Assembly (NCBI GenBank): GCA_038087875.1
Contig: CM075995.1
Location: 7,690,001 to 7,750,000, forward strand
DNA: 60,000 nt
Direction: 5' to 3'
DNA from: Malacoraja senta
Lineage: Eukaryota
In this document: piece by piece, positions 25,698 to 39,529 of the stretch
Position numbering within the stretch: the stretch's first letter is position 1
Layout: each line of letters opens with the position of its first letter
The notes under the pieces: model-generated
The model's database searches: none
What the model saw: the letters and a program-made list of their open reading frames with translations, nothing else
Told to the model about the DNA's origin: nothing
Position numbers and translations under genes: made by a program

Positions 25698-27027
25698 TCC
25701 TTGCTGTATGGCTCCATGCATCAAAAGTTAATCCTGTTTTGAACATATTGATATAACCTCGGGTAACTTTCAAGATCAGGGGATAGAATCCGTGATAAGA
25801 AAATGAAGATTGTACCAAGACAGGCACAACAGGCAAAAAAAATGCAGACTTTGAGTCCGATACAGTTGGATGTTTTTAGGGAGAAATATAGGGCAGTAGT
25901 AAAAACAAAGGAGTAGCAAAACAACTCCACTCAATTTTTCCATAATTTTACGACATTTCACAGCCTTGCGTCCAAAGCAATGCCTCAAGGTGCAAAGCAA
26001 AATTCTTAACCCCACAATTTTTTTTTTTAAATTGTCGCAAAAAATGGTATTGAGTCATTGAGTGGAAATAGGCCCTTTGACCCAACTTGCCCACATCGGC
26101 CAACATGTCCCAGTTACACTAGTCCCACCTGCCTGTGTTTGGTCCGTATCCCTCTAAACCTGTCCTATCCATGTACCTGTCTAACTGTTTCTTAAACTTG
26201 GGATAGTCCCAGGTTCAACTACATCATCTGGCATCTTGTTCCATACACCCAGCATCCTTTGTGTGAAAAAGCTATCCCTCGGATTTATATTCAATCTTTA
26301 CCCCTTCACCTTAAACCTATATCTTCTGGTCCTCGATTCCCCTACTCTGGGCAAGAGACTCGGTGCATCTACCCGATCTATTCCTCTCATAATTCTGTAC
26401 AAGATCTATAAGATCTCCCCTTACCCTCCTGCGCTCCAGGGAATAAAGTCCCAGCCTACTCAACCTCTCCCTATAGATCAGACCCTGTAGTCCTGGCAAC
26501 ATCATCGTAAATCTCAAATCTTCAAATGTTCAAGATAAATTCCTAAACAATATTTAAAATGTCAAAACTGATTTTTTTTTAAAGGTTCTACTTCAATGCA
26601 CTATTATAGAGATGAGTGTAGAAGGATGAGGGGGGGACCTCATTAAAACTTACCAAATAGTGAAAGGCCTGGATAGAGTGGATGTGCAGAGGATGTTTCC
26701 ACTAGTGGAAGAGTCTAGGACCAGAGGCCACAGCCTCAGAATAAAAGGATGTACCTTTAGAAAGGAGATGAGGAATTTCTTTAGTCTAAGGGTGGTGAAT
26801 CTGTGGAATTCATTGCCACAGAAGGCTGTGGAGGCCAAGTCAATGGGTATTTTGTACGGCAGACATTGATGGAGATTCTTGATTGGCACGGGTGTCAGGC
26901 GTAATGGGGACAAGGCAGGAGAATGGGGTTATGAGGGAAACACAGATCAGCCATGACGGAGTAGACTTGATGGGCCAAATGGGCTAATTCTGCTCCTATC
27001 ACTTATGAACTTTTGAGTCCGTTCCTA

Positions 27028-27381
<354 letters not shown>

Positions 27382-29354
27382 TTAGATGCAAAGTCTAATC
27401 CGACATTCAATCATGGCTGATCTATCTTTCCCTCTCAATCCTATTCTCCTGCCTTCTCCCCATGAGTTATAATCAAGAATCTGACAATCTCCACCTTAAA
27501 AATATCCATTGACTTGGTCTCCACAGCGTTCTGTGGCACTGAATTCCACAGATTCACCAAGTTCGCTCAGGTGCTGTCTGTGTGGGGTTTGCAGGTTCTC
27601 ACTGTGACCATGTGGGTTTCCTCCGGGTGCTCCGGTTTCTTACCACATCCCAAAGACGTGCAGGTTTGTAGCTTAATCGAGGCTCTGGAAATTACTGTGT
27701 AGTGAGTGGATGAGAAAGTGGGATAACATGCAACTAGTGTGAACAATGGTCAGCGTGGACCCGATGGGGCTGAAGGGACAGCTTCTGGGCTGCATCACTA
27801 AACTAAATATTGTTGTGCTGTGCACAAATATTCATTAACTATTCCAGACCACAGTAGTTTTATAATAGATTTCAAATCACTGAAATTGTAGATTACAATA
27901 CAATACAATACAATATTTATTCCATGTCATTTGAACCTCAATGAGGCTCAAACGAAACTCTGTTCCTACAGCCGTACAAACAGAACAATTCCTACAAGAC
28001 ACACAAACAATTCAATTCCCACAAACATCCATCAGTGAATCTCCTCCTCACTGTGATGGGAGGCAAAGTCTTTTCTCTCCCCTGTGTTCCATTTTTCTCC
28101 CGATGTTAAAGCCCCAGGCGGACGATGGTAAGTCCCACGGCCGTTAAGGCCGCGTCAGGCGATGTACGGCCCCGCTCCAGGTCTTAATGTCTCAATGTGG
28201 GAGCCCCTGGCGGAAGGACACACTAAATACGGCACTTCCGTTGTGGACAACACAACGGTATGAATATTGAATTATCCAACTGTAAGCTAAATATCCCACT
28301 CTTCCCCCCCCCCCCCCACAATAACAGAGCCCCCCAATCCATTTCTCTCATTATCCAGCCCCTCTTTCTCACCCCACAACCCATCGTCCCCATCTACCCA
28401 TATCCCTCTCTCTGGCTTTACATTCCATAATGGCTGCCACAGCCAGTGGTGGCAGTGTGGAAGATGCCATCTACCGCTGCGCCTCTGTGCCACCCTCTTC
28501 TCCGCCATTCAATTATGGCTGATCTATCTTTCCCTCTCAACCCCACCCTCCCGCCTTCTACCCATTACCCGACACCGGCACTAATCAAAAATCTGCCAAT
28601 CCCCGTCGTAAAAATATCCATTGTCTTGTCTATGGATTTAAGAGAGAGTTAGATAGAGCTCTAGGGGCTAGTGGAGTCAAGGGATATGGGGAGAAGACAG
28701 GCACGGGTTATTGATAGGGGATGATCAGCCATGATCGCAATGAATGGAGGTGCTGGCTCGAAGGGCCAAATGGCCTCCTCCTGCATTTATTTTCTATGTT
28801 TCTATGTCTTGGCCTCCACAGCTGTCTGTGGCAATGGATTCCACAGGAGGACCACACTCAACAAATGTCTCCTCATCACCTTTCTAAAAGTACATCCTTT
28901 TATTGTGATGCTATGGCCTCTGGTCCTAGACTCTCCCACGAGTGGAACCATGCTCTCCACATCCAATGGCTTCCCATGGCTTCACTTTTCCACATCAGGA
29001 TAAGATTTACTTCACACTTTTAAAAGGAATTAGCTGGCAAATAAAGCCTTTGCTCAAAATGTCAGCATTTGCAATTTCTCGCCTCTCCTAATACTTCAAG
29101 GTTGTTAAAATGCAGTTTGTGTAACTGCAGAATCAACATTGTAAATTTGAACCTAATCAACTCAAATTTTTTCTATGAATTGGGTTCAGTATCATTCCTT
29201 GATTAACAATACCACCTGTAAAATTAAAACTCAAGTAGATTCTCATCTTCCTCACTCAATTTGAGAGAAAGGTTAATAACTGAAATGGAAAGCCAAGTAA
29301 TTCCCTCGTTTAGTTTAGAGATACAGCATGGAAACAGGCCCTTCAGTCAATATA

Positions 29355-30180
29355 CAAGACAATAGGTGCTGGAATAGGCCATTTGGCCCTTCGAGCCATT
29401 CAAGGTGATCATGCCTAATCAGTACCCCGTTCCTGCCTTCTCCCCATATCCCCTGACTCCGCTATCTTTAAGAGCCCTATCTAGAGAGATTAGAGATTCC
29501 TTTATTTGTCATTCAGACCTTTCGGTCTGAACGAAATTTCGTTGCCTGCAGTCATACATATAATAATAAATGACAAAACACACAATAAACACAAATTAAC
29601 ATCCACCACAGTGAGTTCACCAGGCACCTCCTCACTGTGATGGAGGCAAAAGTCTTAAAGTCTCTGTCTCTTCCCGCTTTGTTCTCCCTCTAGCTCTCTC
29701 TCTTGAAAGTATCCAGAGAACCTGCCTCCACCACCCTCTGAGGCAGAGAATTCCACAGACTCACAACTCTCTGTGAAGAAGTGTTTCCTCGTCTCCATTC
29801 TAAGTGGCTTACCCCTTATTCTTAAACTGTGGCCCCTGGTTCTGGGCTCCCCCAACATCGGGAACATGTTTCCTGCCTCTAGTGTATCCAAACCCTTAAT
29901 AATCTTATGTGTTTCAATAAGTTGCCCTCTCATCCTTCTAAACTCCAGAGCGGACAAGCCCAGCCGCTCCATTCTCTCAGTATACGACAGTCCCGCCATC
30001 CCGGGAATTAACCTTGTAAACCTACGCTGCACTCCCTCAATAACAAGAATGTCCTTCCTCAAATTAGGGGACCAAAACTACACACAATACTCCAGGTGTG
30101 GTCTCACTTGGGCCCCATACAACTGCAGAAGGACCTCTTTGCTCCTATACTCAACTCCTCTCGTTATGAAGGCCAACATG
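29355..30180 (-). mobile_element. CR1 3' fragment interrupted by a ~205-bp insertion (~29485-29690)
   Basis: CR1 sequence ...gagccctatctag resumes as ctagctctctctcttgaaag after the insert; ORF 29655..30062. Confidence 0.82.
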
Positions 30181-32499
30181 AGTCCACGCAAACCATTGAT
30201 CACACTAGTTCTGTGTTAGCCCACTCTCTACACATTGGGGGCAATGTTTACAGTGGCCAATTAACCTACAAACCCGTACATCTTCGGAGTGTGGGTGGAA
30301 AATGGAACACCGGGAGGAAACTCTCATTGTCACAGGGAGAACGTGCAAACTCCACAAAGACAGCACCCGAGATCAGGTTTGAACCCGGGTCTCTAGCAAT
30401 ATGTGGCAGCAGCTCTGCCAGCTGTGCCCTTACATATTAATAAGCAACAAACTAGCTAGAATTACTAGAACAAGCTAGAATCAGGCAGCATCTGCGGCAG
30501 GATAAATTGTAATATTTTGCATTCAAAGTTTATTCATCAAAATGGGAAAGTTATTAATTGGTTACGGTGGAAAATGAGGGAGAGCATAACAAGGGGGAGT
30601 TCAAATTTTCAAGTTATGTTCCACTGCACTACAATCATGCCTGTTCCTTCACCCCTACCTCAATCTTAATCCCAGTTAGTCAGCGCCGTACAGTACGGAA
30701 ACAGGCCCTTCGACCCAACTTACCCACACCAACCCATCTACAGTAGTCGTACTTGCCTTTGTTTGGCCCATATCCCTTTAAACCTGTCATATCCATGTAC
30801 CTGTCTTATTCCTTCTTGAGCATTGTGATAATCCTGCCACCTCTACCACCTCCGGCAGCTCGCTCCATACATCCACCACCCTTTGGGAGAAAAGGTTACC
30901 CAAATGTTCCCAATGTTGGGCGAGTCCAGAACCAGGGGCCACAGTCTTAGAATAAAGGGGAGGTCATTTAAGACTGAGGTGAGAAATTTTTGTTCACCCA
31001 GAGAGTTGTGAATTTATGGAATTCCCTGCCACAGAGGGCAGTGGAGGCCAAGTCACTGGATGGATTTAAGAGAGAGTTAGATAGAGCTCTAGGGGGTAGT
31101 GGAGTCAAGGGATATGGGGAGAAGGCAGGCACGGGTTATTGATAGGGGACGATCAGCCATGATCACAATGAATGGAGGTGCTGGCTCGAAGGGCCGAATG
31201 GCCTCCTGCACCTATTTTCTATGTTTCTATGTCAGATTTCTAGATCATCTCCCCCCCCCCCCCTCATCTTAAACCTATGGCCTCTGATTCTGGATTACGC
31301 TGCTCTGCGCATGAGACTGTGCGTCTACCCAATCTGTTCCTTTAATGATTTTATACACCTCTGAGATCACCCTCAACCTTCTGCGCACCAGGGAATAGAA
31401 TCCCAGCCTGCTCAACCTCTCCCAATAGCTCGTACCCTCGAGTCCTGGCAACATCCTCGTAAATCTTCTCTGCACCCTTTCCACCTTGACAACATCTTTC
31501 CTATAACATGGTGTCCAGAAAGAACACAATACTCCAAATGTGGCCTCACCTAGGTCTTATATAACTGCAGCATGCCCACCGAACTTCTATACTCATTAGA
31601 CAATAGGTGCAGGAGTAGGCCATTTGGCCCTTCGAGCCAGCACCGCCATTCAATGTGATCATGGCTGATCATACCCAATCAGTACCCCGTTCCTGCCTTC
31701 TCCCCATATCCCCCGACTCCGCTATTTTTAAGCGCCATATCTAGCTCTCTCTTGAAAGCATCCAGAGAACCGGCCTCCACCGCCCTCTGAGGCAGAGAAT
31801 TCCACAGACTCACCACTCTGTGAGAAAAAGTGTTTCCTCGTCTCCGTTCTAAATGGCTTACTCCTTATTCTTAAACTGTGGCCCCTGGTTCTGGACTCCC
31901 CCAACATCGGGAACATGTTTCCTGCCTCTAGCGTGTCCAAGCCCTTAACAATCTTATATGTTTCAATGAGATACCCTCTCATTCTTCTAAACACCGTTAC
32001 TCTGATGAAGGCCAATGTGCCAAACGCCTATTTGACCACCCCATCTACCCGTGACGCCACCTTCGAGGAACTAAGTACCTGCACTTCAAGATCCTTCTCC
32101 TCTACAACACTTCCTGGAGCCCTACCATTCACTGTGCAGCTCATGCTAGACTTTCCAAAATGCAACACCTCACATTTCTCTGTAATCAGCCACTCTGCAA
32201 AGGAAAGTAGAATGGATACGAAAGGCCTATCAAGCCTTTTTTAAAGCATACATTTCAATTGAATATTACCTCACCCTCATCTGCCTGGAAAACAATTTAA
32301 TCTACAACCTAGACAATATTACTCAGCTAAATGCCCAGATTGTGGCAATATCCTCATAAATTATAGCTTTGCCCTCTGGCGTAATCACATCCTTCCTGTA
32401 ACGGGGTGACTACAACTGTGCTCAGCTCCCTAGTTGCAGCTTAACTTTTAAAATCCTTTCCTGCTTTTATATTCCACACCTTCTTGGACACCTTCCTGG

Positions 32500-32826
32500 G
32501 CCGGCATGGTGGCACAGCGGTAGAGTTGCTGCCTCACAGCGCTAGAGACTCGGGTTTGATCCAGGTCACGGTTGTTTGTCTGTACGGTGTCCGTACATTC
32601 TCCCCGTGACCTGCGTGGGTTTTCTCCGGGTGCTCCGGTTTCCTCGCACACTCCAAAGACGTAACAAGTTTGTAGGTTCATTGGCTTGGGTAAAATTGTA
32701 AATTGTCCCCAGTGTGTGTGTAGGATAGAACTAGTGTACAGGGATCGCCGGTCGGCACAGTGTTAGTGAGCAGAAGGGCCTGTTTCCACATTGTATCTCT
32801 AAACTAAACCAAACCAAATCTAAACT
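32500..32826 (+). mobile_element. HE1-type SINE
   Basis: ggcatggtggcacagcggtagag head through a tctctaaactaaac tail. Confidence 0.83.
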
Positions 32827-34002
32827 GCCTAACGCACTACCGTCAATAATTCACAGTGTGCTGGAGTAACTCAGCGGGTCAGGCAGCATCTCTGGAGAAC
32901 ACGGATAGGTGACATTTCAATAGACAATAGATGCAGGAGTAGGCCATTTGGCCCTTCGAGCCAGCACCGCCATTCAATGTGATCATGGCTGATCATCCCC
33001 AATCAGTACCCCATTCCTGCCTTCTCCCCATATCCCCTGACTCCGCTATTTTTAAGAGCCCTATCTAGCTCTCTCTTGAAAGCATCCAGAGAACCTGCCT
33101 CCACCGCCCTCTGAGGCAGAGAATTCCACAGACTCACCACTCTCTGTGAGAAAAACTGTTTCCTCGTCTTCGTTCTAAATGGCTTACTCCTTATTCTTAA
33201 AAGGTTTCAAGTCAAGACCCTTCTTCAGACGGATTGTGATATGGGAGGGGTGGGGTGGTCAGCGGAGAAAGCTGAAAGGGAGGAGGGTTGAATAAAGCCT
33301 GGATAGAGGAGAGGGGGGCACGTGTACCTCCTCCAACCTCATTTACAGCACAAGAACAGGCCCTTCGGCCCACAATGCCTATGCCAAACATGATACCAAG
33401 ACCATTTCATCAGCCTGTACATAATCCCTGTTCCTCCATTCTCTGCATATCCATGTGCCCATCCAAAGGTCTCTGAAACGTCCCCTGGCAGCGCATTCCT
33501 GGCTCTCACCACTCTATGTGAGAAAAGGTTGCCCTACACATCTAATTTAAACTTTACCCCTCTCGCCTTAATTCTATGTCTTAATTTTAGTTGTAGTTTT
33601 AGAGACAACATGGACATACGCCCTTCGTCCCACCGAGTCAACACCGACTAACAATCACCCCGTACACTAGTTCTATCCGACACTCTAGAGACAATTTATA
33701 GAAACCAATCAACCACGCCTTTGGAATGTGGGAGGAACCTGGAGCATCCGGAGAAAACCCACGTGGTCACACTTTAGTTTATTGTCACGTGTACCGAGGT
33801 ACAGTTAAAAGCTTTTGTTGCGTGAACCAGTCAGCGGAAAGACAATACATGATTACAATCAAGCCATTTACAGTGTACAGATAGGTGATAAGGGAATAAC
33901 GATATGTGCAAGATAAAGCCAGTAAAGTCCGATCAAAGATAGTCTGAGTTAGATAGTAGTTCAGGACAGCTCTCCAGTCGTGGTAGGATAATTCAGTTGC
34001 CT

Positions 34003-34147
34003 TCTTCTTCTTCTTCTTGCGTATGGCGTGCACAGCCTAAAGTTGTAGGACAACTTGTTCTATTTGATCTTATTTGATTGTTGACGCCAGGTTGATTGCA
34101 TTCGTCGAAACAGGGCGGATCACGTGAAGGTTGCAATCTCCCACCCC
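34003..34147 (-). mobile_element. Short non-autonomous retroposon (Ingi/Vingi-like), ~145 bp, (GAA)n tail, 13-bp TSD
   Basis: aattcagttgcct is duplicated at 33990-34002 and 34148-34160. The 3' end reads ...cgccatacgcaagaagaagaagaagaa. It interrupts a Rex1 3' fragment. Confidence 0.8.
34094..34147 (-). ncRNA. Minimal HDV-like (nested double pseudoknot) ribozyme motif at the 5' end of a short retroposon
   Basis: Minus strand: GGGGTGG(P1) GA GATTGCA(P2) ACC(P3) TTCACGT(L3) GAT(P3') CCGCCCT(P1') G TTTCGA C GAA TGCAATC(P2'). It has a G1.U wobble, a perfect 7-bp P2 and a catalytic-position C at 34104; P3 has one C.A mismatch. Confidence 0.75.
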
Positions 34148-34387
34148 AATTCAGTTGCCTGATCAACTGGGAAAACGTACAGACAGCACCTGTAGTCAGT
34201 ATTGAACGCGGGTCACCTGCGCAGCAAGGCAGGAACTCTCCCGCTGTGCCACCGTACAGATTTCAGTCTTTGATTTTTACATCCTAGTTTTGACTCTCCA
34301 CCCTATTTTTGCTCCACATCATTCTGTACACTTCCATCAGGTCTCCCCGCAACCTCCGCCGTTCCAGAGAAAAAGTGAAGCACCTAC

Positions 34388-34440
34388 CTGGTAGTCTGTT
34401 CATGTTTACACCTTGAGCCGAGAGTCCGATGCCCATGTAC
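34388..34440 (-). CDS. RANBP9: RANBP9 coding exon 3 (SPRY)
   Basis: cttcttgcag|G TAC ATG GGC...CTA CCA G|gtaggt encodes YMGIGLSAQGVNMNRLP(G). 53 bp; phases fit the flanking exons. Confidence 0.93.
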
Positions 34441-37400
34441 CTGCAAGAAGATCATATGGTGATAAGTCATAAGGTCATAAGTGATAGGAGTAGAATCAGG
34501 CCATTCGGCCCATCAAGTCTTCTCCGCCATTCAATCATGGCTGATCTATCTCTCCCTCCAAACCCCATTCTCCTGCCTTCTCCCCATAACCTCTGACACT
34601 TGTGGGGTTCGTTGCCACAGACGGCTGCGGAGGCCAAGTCATTGGGTATTTTTAGGGCGGAGATCGACAGATTCTTGATTAATGCGGGTGTCAGGGGTTA
34701 TGGCGAGAAGGCAGGAGAATGGGGTTGATCCATCTCTCCCTCTCAACCCCAGTCCCCTGCCTTCTCCCCGTAACCTCTGACACCTGTACTAATCAAGAAT
34801 CTATCTCTGCCTTAAGAATATCTACCGACTAGGCCTCCACGGCCTTCTATGGCAAAGAATTCCACAGATTCACCACCCGCTGACTAAATAAATTTCTCCT
34901 CATCTCCTTCCTAAAAGAACGTCCTTTAATTCTGAGATCATTCTTGAGTTTGGTTTTTTTCTCCCCATTCAGCAATGCTTACATTCTATGGTCAGTTTTA
35001 CACATGAGCAATTGCAGACATAAAGACAGAGTCATAAAGTCATACAGTGTGGAAACAGTTTAGTTCGGTTTACTGTCACATGTTCCGAGGTACAGCGAAA
35101 AGCCTGTATGGATGCTTTCGAGTCAAAGACTGTAATGATTACAATCAAGCCGTCTACAGTGTACAGACAAAGGATAAAGGGTACAACACAAGATAAAAAC
35201 CGATACAGTCCAATTAAGAATAGTTCAAAGGTCTACAATGAGGTAGATGGGAGGTCAGGACCGCACTCCATCTGGTGAGGATGGTTCAGTTGCCTGATAA
35301 CAGCTGGGAAGAAACTGTCCCTAAACCTGTGGTGAGTGCCTAGAACAGACGACCGTGGGTAGCGGAGGAAGTAGATACAATAATAGAGTTTTAGATAAGC
35401 ATAAGAATAGGCAGGGAATGAAGGATATGGATTGTGTGCAGGCAGATGAGAGTTGGTCTTGGCATTATGTTCAACAGAGACATTGTGGGTCAAAGGGCCT
35501 GTTCCTGTTCAGTTATATCTTAGTCATACAGCGTTTAACCAGACCCATCGGCCCACCATAACCTGTGGTGAGTGCCCACACCAACCAACATGTCCCATCT
35601 ACACTAGCCCCACCTGCCTGTGTTTGGCCCATATCCTATCCATGTACCTATCCAAATGCTTCTTAAACTTTGCGATAGTACCTCCCTCAACTATCTCCTC
35701 CGGCAGCTCGTTCCATTTATCAACTACCCTTTGTGTAAAATGTTACTCCTCCGGTATAAAACCTATAAAAATCTTCCCCCCCATCACCTTAACCCTATGT
35801 CCTCTGGCCTCGATTCCCCTACTCTGGGCCAGGGACTGTACGTTTACCCGATCGATTCCTCTCACAATTTTGTACACTTCTATAAGATCACCCCTCATCC
35901 TCCTGCGCTCAAAGGAATGGAGTCCTAGCCTGCTCAACCGCTCCCTATAGCTCAGACCCTCGACTCCCAGCAACATATTCTTAAATCTTCTCTGTACCCT
36001 TTCCAGCTTGAAAACATCTTTCCTTTAACATGGTGCCCAAAACTTCTTCAGTCTGAAGAAGAGTCTTGACCCGAAACGTCAACCATTCCTTCTCTCCAGA
36101 GATGCTGCCTGTCCGCTGAGTTACTCCAGCTATTTGCGTCTATCTTTGGTTTAATCCAGCATCTGTAGTTCCTTCCTACACATGGTGCCCAAAACTATCT
36201 TCTAAAGGAATCTTAACCAGATTGAAATGTAAACAGTAAAAACACCAAATGGACTGGAGAATCATTTCGGGTAAGTACAAATAAACTGGCCATAAGGTAA
36301 TAAGTGACAGGAGCAGAATTAACCTATTCAGCCCATCAAGTCCACTCTGCCATTCAATCATGGCTGATCTATCTCTCCCTCCTAACCCCATTCTCCTGCC
36401 CTCTCCCCATAATCCTTGACACCCGTACTAATCAAAAATCTATCTCTCTCTGCCTTAAAAATATCCATTGACTTGGGCTCCACAGCTTTCTGTGGCAAAA
36501 AAAAACCCAGATTCACCATCTGAGGAGGACTAAAGACAATCCTCCTCATCTCCTTCCCAAAGGAACGTCCTTTAATTCTGAGGCTATGTCCTATTTCCTG
36601 TCCTAGACTCTCCCACCGGTGCAAACATCCTCTCTATCCAAACCTTTCACTGTCCGGTAAATTTCAATGAGGTCCCGTCCCCCCCTCATCCTTCTAAATG
36701 GAAGGGGAATGTGTTCATGAAATGAAATGGGACTGGAATGTTTTCATTATGATACAATGGCAGGGAAAACCCAAGGGCATTCAAAGCTTAGTGGATGCCT
36801 GAAGATATGGAGATTGAAATGAAAAAGAATAAAAGGCTTATGATGAGGGACTATAGTTAAGACAGAATGCAAAGAGTGAACACCAAGAGAGACAAAAAAT
36901 GCTGGAGTAACTCAGCGGGTCAGGCAGCATCTCTGGAGAAAAGGGATAGGTGACGATTCAGGTCGGAACCCTTCTTAAGAAAACCAAGATTAGACGCAAG
37001 CAGGGCAGGCACAATCAAAAGGATTAACATATGAACAAAGAAATAAAGTGCAACATAAACAATAGGAATGTTTGTCTAAAGGGTGGAACAATTTGGGAAC
37101 TAAACTTGAAATCTGTGGAGAAAGAACACGTAAAATGTTAAACATGGATTTTGCATCAATCTTTGCTTGATAATGCTGCAAAAGTCACTATAAAGAGGTG
37201 GCAGAGAGTCTGAATGGAGTTAGAACAGAAATGAATGTTCCTAAACCAGTTCTGAAAGTTGAGAAGAATGTGGAAGTGGTAGAGGGTTTGGCAATAATCT
37301 AATTTTTCCTAGAAAATTGGAGTAGTGTCAAAGGTCTGATAGAGCAAAAGTTAAACCACGCTTCAACTTACACTGGTGAGAAAACTACAAGAGATCAACA

Positions 37401-37872
37401 TCCAGGGTCAAACAATGCTAAATGGGAAGTGATTGGATTAATCAGTTAACCATTTGACAGGGCTGGGCCTGTACTCGCTTGAGTTTAGAAAGATGAGGGG
37501 GCACCTCATTGAAACTTACCAAATAGTGAAAGGCTTGGTTGGATAGGGTGGATGTGGAGAGGATGTTTCCACAAGTGGCAGAGTCTAGGACTAGAGGTCA
37601 TAGCCTCAGAATTAAAGGACGTTTCTTTAGGAAGGAGAAAAGGAGGAATTTCTTTAGTCAGTGGATGGTGAATCTGTAGAATTCTTTGCAACAGTGGGTT
37701 ATGGAGGCCAAGTCAATTGATATTTTTAAGGCAGAGATAGAGAGAGATAGATCAGCCAGGATTGAAAGGCGGAGCAGACTTTATGGGCCGAATGATGCTC
37801 CTATCACTTATAGCCTCATGACCTAACCACCAGGCAGAAGAAGGGTCCCGACCCAAAACGTCACCTATCCAT

Positions 37873-38166
37873 GTTTAGTTTAGAGATAAAATGCAGAAAC
37901 AGGTCCTTCGGCCTACCGAGTCTGCGTCAACCAGCGATCCCCACACACTAACGCTATCCTACAGACACGGGGGAAAATTGACCATTTTACCAAAGCCAAT
38001 TAACCTGTACGTCTTTGGAGTGCGAATGGAAACCGGAACACCCGGAGAAACCACATGCAGGTCACGGGGAAAAGGTACAATTTTCATACAAACAGCACCT
38101 GCGGTCAGGATCGAACCCGTGTCTCTGGCGCTGCAAGGCAGCAAATCTACCGCATCGCCACTGTGT
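37873..38166 (-). mobile_element. HE1-type SINE
   Basis: Reverse complement of the SINE consensus seen elsewhere in the window. Confidence 0.8.
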
Positions 38167-39529
38167 TCACTAATACCACAATTAGTCTGAAGGAATGGGC
38201 CTTTATTCCATGGAGCGCAGGACAATGAGGGGTGATCTATTTGAGGTGTATAAAATAATGAGAGGAATAGAGCAGGAAAATGCAGTCTATTGCCCAGAGT
38301 AGGGAATCGAGAGTCAGAGGACATAAGTTTACAGTGATGGAGAAAGATTTAATGTCAACCTGAAGGGGTTTTTTTACACACACAAATAGTGGTTGGTGTA
38401 TGGAACAAACTGTCAAAGGAGGTAGTTGAGGCAGGTTTAAGAAACATTTAGGCAGGTACATGGATAAGGAAGGTTTAGAGGGATATGGGCCAAAAGCAGG
38501 TCGGACTAGTGTAAATGGGGTATATTGGTCGGCGTGGGCAAGTTGGGCCGAAGGATTGGTTTTCACAATGTATGACTCAGAGTCTATTTATGACTATGAT
38601 CCCAACCCGAAACTTCACCTATCCATGTTCCTGACCCGCTGACTTACTCCAATACTTTCTGTCTATAGGCAAAAGATGGCTGAGGAGTTAGAAAAGGACA
38701 TTAATGCAACCTTTTCATGGTACGGGATAACTTACACTAGGGAAGCATAGCGATTATCATTTAAAACTGACCCCACAACACACCCTGTGCGCTCAATTGA
38801 GAACCTGCAGTTACTGTAAATAGCGTCAGGGATTAGCAAATTTGGCACTGGAAAGAAGATTAGCAAAAGGTCGACGAGTTTGCACTTTGTTTCACGAGGA
38901 AGGTCTGGGGAAGAAGCAATAGGGAAAGATGATAAAATGAGTAAACCACACAGTGCTGGAGTAACTCAACGGGCCAGGCAGGGGGGACCACATTGAACCT
39001 CATTGAACTTACCGAATAGTGAAAGGCTTGGATAGAGTGGATGTGGAGAGGATGTTTCAACTAGTGGGAGTCTAGGACCAGAGGTCATAGCCTCAGAATT
39101 AAAGGATGTTCCTTTAGGAAGGAGATGATGAGGAATTTCTTCCTAAAGTCAGAGGATGGTGAATCTGTGGAATTCATTGCCACAGAAGGCTGTGGAGGCC
39201 AAGTTAATGAACAGTTTTAAGGCAGAGGTAGATTCTTAATATATAGTTTAGTTGACTCTTAATAGTTTTTCAGTTGATTCTTGATTAGTGCAAGTGTCAG
39301 GGGTTATGTGGAGAATGTGGTTAGGAGGGAGAGACAGATCAGTCATGATTGATTGGTGGAGGCAGACTTGATGGGCAGAATGGCCCAATTCTGCTCCTAT
39401 CACCTATGACCTATGGCAACATCTCTGAAGAACATGGATCGATGATTCCCAGAGGCACGGCCTGACCTGCTGAGTTATTTCAGCACTTTGTGTTCTATGC
39501 AAGATCCAGGAATCTGCAGTTCCTGGTGT

